Virus record (IMG/VR): IMGVR_UViG_3300030005_000139
Location: 1 to 38,337 of that record
From: a virus
Lineage: Duplodnaviria > Caudoviricetes
DNA: 38,337 nt
Reading direction: 5' to 3' (one strand)
This document shows positions 34,253-38,337 of the stretch, piece after piece. Below the pieces are notes generated by a model that saw nothing but the letters and a program-made list of their open reading frames with translations, did no database searches and had not been told where the DNA came from. How positions within the stretch are numbered: the stretch's first letter is position 1; each line of letters begins with the position of its first letter. The position numbers and the translations under genes are program-made.

Positions 34253-34257
34253 GCCTT

Positions 34258-34614
34258 ATGGCAATGCACACGGAATTGCAGATCTACGCCGCGGCGATGG
34301 GCCTGCTGCACATGGCCACGAACCTGACCCGCAACATCCCCCGCGACCTGAAGCAGCAGCTCGGGAAGCGCGTTATCGATGAGTGCATCGATGTCTTGAT
34401 GCTGATTGCCCGGGCCAACTCGACCCGGGAACGGCGCCCCTACTTGGTCGACCTGGTCGAAAAGGTCCAGGTGATAGAGTTCCTGATGCGGCTCTTCAAG
34501 GAGAACCGCTTCATCAGTGTGAGTCAGCATGCCAAGGCTATCGAGGTGACCACCTCAATTGGCAAGCAGGCGAACGCCTGGAAACGCTCCACCCCAACCG
34601 TGCCCGCCACCTGA
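34258..34614 (+). CDS. avd: Accessory variability determinant (Avd-like four-helix bundle)
   Basis: 118 aa helical; L.IY...IPRDLK..LG..V...IARAN...IGKQ..AW; lies between target and TR. Confidence 0.88.
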   Translation: MAMHTELQIYAAAMGLLHMATNLTRNIPRDLKQQLGKRVIDECIDVLMLIARANSTRERRPYLVDLVEKVQVIEFLMRLFKENRFISVSQHAKAIEVTTSIGKQANAWKRSTPTVPAT

Positions 34615-34777
34615 GAGCCAAGGCTTTCTGGTCTGTGCGAATTGAATCTGGTCGTGCCGCTGGCCCCTGGGCCACCGCTATGCGCACAAGAGATACCGCC
34701 GGTCTAAAGCGTCCGCGTAGGTCTCGCGCAGTTTCCGGTCTGAGTATTCGGCCCGGCGACGTAGATAGCACGATAGG

Positions 34778-34881
34778 TCGCAGCGCTCCGCCAACAACGC
34801 ATTCAACATGAACTTCGATGATGGCAATCAGAACAACAACGACAAGAACAACGAGCTCCGCGTCCGCCCCGTCCGCAGATT
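34778..34881 (+). ncRNA. DGR template repeat (TR)
   Basis: A-rich master copy with 9 AAC and 1 AAT codons in the VR frame; shared GC-rich 3' element CGCGTCCGCCCCGTCCGCAG. Confidence 0.95.
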
Positions 34882-35978
34882 CAACCTTGGGGCCCTACCC
34901 GTTCAGCGACTTGGTTCAGGCTTACTACGACTGCCGGCGCTCCAAGCGCAACAGCGACAGCGCGCTGGCTTTCGAAATGGACCTCGAACGGAACCTGATC
35001 CAGCTACACGACGACCTGGTAACCGGCACTTACCGGCCAGGCCGCTCTATCTGCTTCGTGGTCACCCGACCGAAAGCCCGGGAAGTATGGGCAGCAGCAT
35101 TTCGGGATCGAGTGGCGCACCACCTGCTCTACAACCACATCGGTCCACGGATCGAGAGCAGCTTCATAGCGGACAGCTGCGCCTGTATCAAAGGTCGCGG
35201 CACCTTGTACGCAGCAAAGCGCCTTGAGTCTAAGATCCGCAGTGCCAGTGAGAACTGGTCGAATCCGGTCTTCTACCTGAAGCTCGACCTGGCAAACTTC
35301 TTCGTCGCCATAGACAAGCAGGTACTGCGCAAGCAACTGGCCGACCGGATCACCGAACCCTGGTGGCTGGCCCTGGCCGAGCAGATACTCATGCACGACC
35401 CACGCGAAGACTACGAGGTGCGCAGTCCGGCCCATCTGTTCAACCGGGTACCGCAGCACAAACGACTCACCGCGCAGCCAGCTCACTTAGGGCTGCCGAT
35501 CGGCAACCTGTCCTCGCAGTTCTTCGCCAACGTCTACCTCGACGCCCTGGACCAGTTCGCCAAACACCAACTCAAGGCCAAGCACTACATCCGCTACGTC
35601 GATGACTTCGTGTTCCTGCATGAGTCGCCGCAGCAGCTCAACCAATGGCTGGCCCAGGTCGAAGCGTTCCTGCCCAGCTTGGGCGCCAGGCTCAACCCGG
35701 CCAAGACGATCCTGCAACCCGTGGATCGCGGCGTGGACTTCGTCGGGCACGTGATCAAGCCATGGCGCCGCACTACCCGCAAGCGATCCCTAGCTCAGGC
35801 ACTGAAGCGAACCGCTACGGCGCCGGCCGAGGATCTGCGCGAGACCGCCAACAGCTACTTCGGCCTGCTCAGCCAGGCCAGCCACAGCCAAAAGGACCGT
35901 GCCGCCCTGGCCAATGTCGTGCTCAAGCGCGGCAACACGGTGAACGCAGCGCTAACCAAGACCTACCCGAAGAAATAA
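34818..35978 (+). CDS. DGR reverse transcriptase (start may instead be TTG at 34887)
   Basis: FRDRVAHH, LKLDLANFF, GLPIGNLSSQFFANVYL, YIRYVDDF, GVDFVG; no maturase or endonuclease extension. Confidence 0.96.
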   Translation: MMAIRTTTTRTTSSASAPSADSTLGPYPFSDLVQAYYDCRRSKRNSDSALAFEMDLERNLIQLHDDLVTGTYRPGRSICFVVTRPKAREVWAAAFRDRVAHHLLYNHIGPRIESSFIADSCACIKGRGTLYAAKRLESKIRSASENWSNPVFYLKLDLANFFVAIDKQVLRKQLADRITEPWWLALAEQILMHDPREDYEVRSPAHLFNRVPQHKRLTAQPAHLGLPIGNLSSQFFANVYLDALDQFAKHQLKAKHYIRYVDDFVFLHESPQQLNQWLAQVEAFLPSLGARLNPAKTILQPVDRGVDFVGHVIKPWRRTTRKRSLAQALKRTATAPAEDLRETANSYFGLLSQASHSQKDRAALANVVLKRGNTVNAALTKTYPKK

Positions 35979-35997
35979 CCCAACAATAGGAGGCCGC

Positions 35998-36675
35998 ATG
36001 GACATGACATACGGAAGCGTTTGCAGCGGCATCGAAGCCGCGACCCAAGCCTGGCACCCGCTGGGCATGCGCGCCGCCTGGTTCGCCGAGATTGAGCCGT
36101 TCCCCTCGGCGGTCCTGGCTCACCACTACCCCGACGTGCCGAACCACGGCTACATGACCAAGCTGGCTGCCCTGGTGCTGGCCGGCAAGATCCCGGCGCC
36201 GGACGTGTTGGTCGGCGGCACCCCGTGCCAGGCCTTCAGCGTTGTCGGTATGCGCGAAGGCCTCACCGACCCGCGCGGCGCCCTCACCATCAAATACGTG
36301 GAGCTTGCAGATGCAGTTGACTATGTTCGCGCCGGCCAGCGAAAGCCCGCCAGCGTTATCGTCTGGGAGAACGTCCCCGGCGTCCTCAGCGACAAAGGGA
36401 ACGCCTTCGGATGCTTTCTTGGCGCGCTTGCTGGGGAAGACTGCGAGCTGCAGCCTCCAGGGAAAAAATGGCAGGACGCTGGTTGTGTGTATGGACCCAA
36501 AAGAGCAATCGCGTGGCGGGTCCTGGACGCCCAATATTTCGGCCTGCCCCAACGACGCCGTCGTGTGTTCGTTGTCGCAAGTGCTCGAGACGGGTTCGAT
36601 CCCACCGAGGTACTTTTTGAGCGCGAAGGCATGCGCCGGGATACTGCGCCGCGCCGAGGCGAGAGGCAAGACGTT
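35998..36675 (+). pseudogene. C5 cytosine DNA methyltransferase, probably 3'-truncated (frame runs on to 37038)
   Basis: SVCSGIEA, GGTPCQAFS, WENVPG, QRRRRVF present; no C-terminal GNS-type motif X; the downstream frame overlaps two other genes. Confidence 0.7.
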
Positions 36676-36707
36676 AGGCATACAGAAGCGCATCGAGGTG
36701 GAACGCC

Positions 36708-36887
36708 ATGGCCACTGCTGAGCTGCACGGCCGGAGCATTACCCCGTTTGAGCAGGGCTTCCTGGCTTTCATCAAGGGCCTGGGAATCAAAGAGAACCCA
36801 TTCGACGGGGATAAAACCCCCGCATCTAACTATCGCTGGACCGCCGGCTGGAACAAAGCACAGCGTGAAGCAGGGAGAAAGTTATGA
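36708..36887 (+). CDS. Rmf/CrpP-like small protein (59 aa, below the ORF-track cutoff)
   Basis: GAGG RBS; FEQGFLAFIKG....NPF.......RWTAGW; ATGA overlap with xis. Confidence 0.65.
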   Translation: MATAELHGRSITPFEQGFLAFIKGLGIKENPFDGDKTPASNYRWTAGWNKAQREAGRKL

Positions 36888-37285
36888 GTGCAGAACTTGC
36901 AGCGCTGCCGCGGTTCATCCGGGCGAAGCACGCGCCCGCCTACCTGGGCATGTGTCGAGCTATTTTCGACGGCACAGTCCGCCCGCACGTCCGCGAATTC
37001 CCCATTGGAAAACAGGGCGTTGCCTTCGACCGCCATGAGCTGGATCAGTGGGCGGACGCCTATATCGAGGCCATGGCAATTGAAAAGGCCGCGAATCAGG
37101 ACAACAATCGCCCCCGCAGCGAGCGCCAGGGCACGAAGCAAGGAGAAACGCCGTGGCCCAAAAAGCAATCACCGGCCTCCAGCAAATGCCGAACGGCATC
37201 TGGAAGATCGACAAAAAATACAGAGGAGAGCGAATTCAAGAGAGTACTGGCACTTGTGACCGCGCCGAAGCGGAGCAGTACCTGA
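36884..37285 (+). CDS. xis: Excisionase-like winged-helix protein
   Basis: PRFIRAKHAPAYLGMCR..F...VRP...FDRHELDQWAD; precedes and overlaps int. Confidence 0.7.
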   Translation: MSAELAALPRFIRAKHAPAYLGMCRAIFDGTVRPHVREFPIGKQGVAFDRHELDQWADAYIEAMAIEKAANQDNNRPRSERQGTKQGETPWPKKQSPASSKCRTASGRSTKNTEESEFKRVLALVTAPKRSST

Positions 37286-38337
37286 TCCACAAACTGGAGA
37301 AGTTGCGCCAGCAGAAGGTGTACGGCATTCGCCGTGTAAGGACCTGGAGAGAGGCGGCGACTCGCTTTCTGCTGGAAGTGAAGGATCAAGCGTCCATTCA
37401 TATTTCGGCGACCTATATGGAGCAGCTCGACCCTTTCATAGGGGATATGCCCCTGACCCATATCGATGACGATGCACTTGCCCCATACGTTCGCTCGAAG
37501 CTGAACCCGGTGACAGGTAAGCCCGTAACGAATCGGACGGTGAACATTGCGCTTCAGCGAGTCATCAGGGTTTTGAACCTCTGCGCTCGGAAATGGCGGG
37601 ACGAGGAGCGGCGCCCTTTGCTTGATGTGGTGCCGATGATTTCTCTGCTGGATGAGAAGACAAACAGCCGGAAGCCCTACCCGCTTTCATGGGAAGAGCA
37701 GTCGATCCTGTTCGCCGAGCTTCCGGCGCACCTTCAGACCATGGCAATGTTCAAGGTCAATACGGGGTGCCGGGAGCAGGAAGTTTGCAAGCTTCAGTGG
37801 AATTGGGAGATTGCGGTGCCCGAACTGGGGACAAGCGTATTTCTGATACCAGCAGGGTTTGGGGGAAGAAGCGCCAGATCTGGCGTGAAGAACCGAGACG
37901 AGCGTCTGGTCGTGATGAATGACGTTGCCAAGTCGGTGATCGAGAAGCAGCGCGGTAAGCATCCGCTCTATGTGTTCCCGTTTGGCAAGCCAGATGGCGA
38001 GGGGAATGAAACGACGGTCCACCGCATGAATGACTCGGCCTGGAAGAAGGCACGGATTCGAGCGGCGAAGAAATGGCAGGAGAAGTTCTTGCGGCCGGCA
38101 CATGACGGCTTTGCCAGGATCCGCATTCACGATCTGAAGCACACCTTTGGGAGAAGGCTGCGTGCTGCAGGTGTGACAGAGGAAGATCGGAAAGCGCTGC
38201 TCGGCCACAAGAACGGAAGCATCACCAGCCACTACTCTGCAGCGGAACTGGATCAGCTTATTGCGGCGGCAAACAAAGTATCAGTAACCGACTCGCGCGC
38301 ACCAGCGCTGACGATTTTGAAAAGGAGAGAAGCATGA
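37153..38337 (+). CDS. int: Tyrosine integrase
   Basis: TGCREQE (R), VKN (K), HDLKH, LLGH, TSHY (Y); GGAG RBS with GTG start. Confidence 0.93.
   Translation: MAQKAITGLQQMPNGIWKIDKKYRGERIQESTGTCDRAEAEQYLIHKLEKLRQQKVYGIRRVRTWREAATRFLLEVKDQASIHISATYMEQLDPFIGDMPLTHIDDDALAPYVRSKLNPVTGKPVTNRTVNIALQRVIRVLNLCARKWRDEERRPLLDVVPMISLLDEKTNSRKPYPLSWEEQSILFAELPAHLQTMAMFKVNTGCREQEVCKLQWNWEIAVPELGTSVFLIPAGFGGRSARSGVKNRDERLVVMNDVAKSVIEKQRGKHPLYVFPFGKPDGEGNETTVHRMNDSAWKKARIRAAKKWQEKFLRPAHDGFARIRIHDLKHTFGRRLRAAGVTEEDRKALLGHKNGSITSHYSAAELDQLIAAANKVSVTDSRAPALTILKRREA

Larger units (their letters stand above)
32895..35978 (+). mobile_element. Diversity-generating retroelement cassette: target1-target2-avd-TR-RT
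   Basis: All canonical components present, with adenine-specific TR/VR mismatches. Confidence 0.96.
1..38337. mobile_element. Temperate prophage (P22-like head/tail, lambdoid early region); att sites not visible in the window
   Basis: Continuous phage gene order from tail fibres through terminase, lysis, nin, O/P, cro/cI and bet/exo to xis/int; no host housekeeping genes seen. Confidence 0.97.

Noticed and set aside
33394-34881. Three ~100-bp repeats as a CRISPR array or simple duplication
   Set aside because: They are long, two lie in coding 3' ends, spacing is gene-sized, mismatches are adenine-specific and no cas genes are present
34383-35227. ORFs 34383-34811 and 34808-35227 (Asn-rich MNFDDGNQNNNDKNNELRVRPVR)
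   Set aside because: By-products of TR read in the VR frame, overlapping avd and RT; no evidence for separate genes
34818-35978. RT as a group II intron, retron or Abi RT
   Set aside because: No maturase/endonuclease domain or retron VTG motif; the IGNLSSQ motif, adjacent avd and TR/VR pairs identify a DGR
35998-37038. Intact 346-aa cytosine MTase
   Set aside because: The last ~120 codons lack MTase motifs and overlap the better supported Rmf-like and xis genes
38280-38337. att site next to int
   Set aside because: The window ends at the int stop codon; no core repeat or tRNA target is visible

Overview
Nearly complete temperate prophage, probably from Pseudomonas (inferred from its protein families), with a P22-like podovirus morphogenesis module and a lambdoid early region. 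The minus strand (1-25.6 kb) carries tail fibre/adhesin genes, four DNA-ejection proteins, P22 gp14/gp26/gp10/gp4-like tail genes, coat, scaffold, portal, terminase, a lysis cluster with no recognisable spanins, ninG/ninB, O/P replication genes and cro. The plus strand (25.7-38.3 kb) carries cI, an AT-rich membrane protein gene, and the PL operon: adenine MTase, bet/exo, a diversity-generating retroelement (DGR), a truncated cytosine MTase, an Rmf/CrpP-like gene, xis and int. The main finding is a complete DGR (avd, TR, RT) with two tandem targets of about 200 aa. Both are DUF1566/CLec-like proteins in the early operon rather than tail fibres, and every TR/VR mismatch (16 and 13) falls on a TR adenine. 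The tail fibre has a BPP-1 Mtd-like N-terminus but no VR. Other notable signals: a tRNA-shaped putative ncRNA between portal and scaffold, no Q gene but a shared TCGATAGATTTT motif at two late promoters, a cationic 35-aa peptide where spanins would be expected, and a nested alternative-frame ORF in the cytosine MTase. All family assignments are by motif recognition, not database search.
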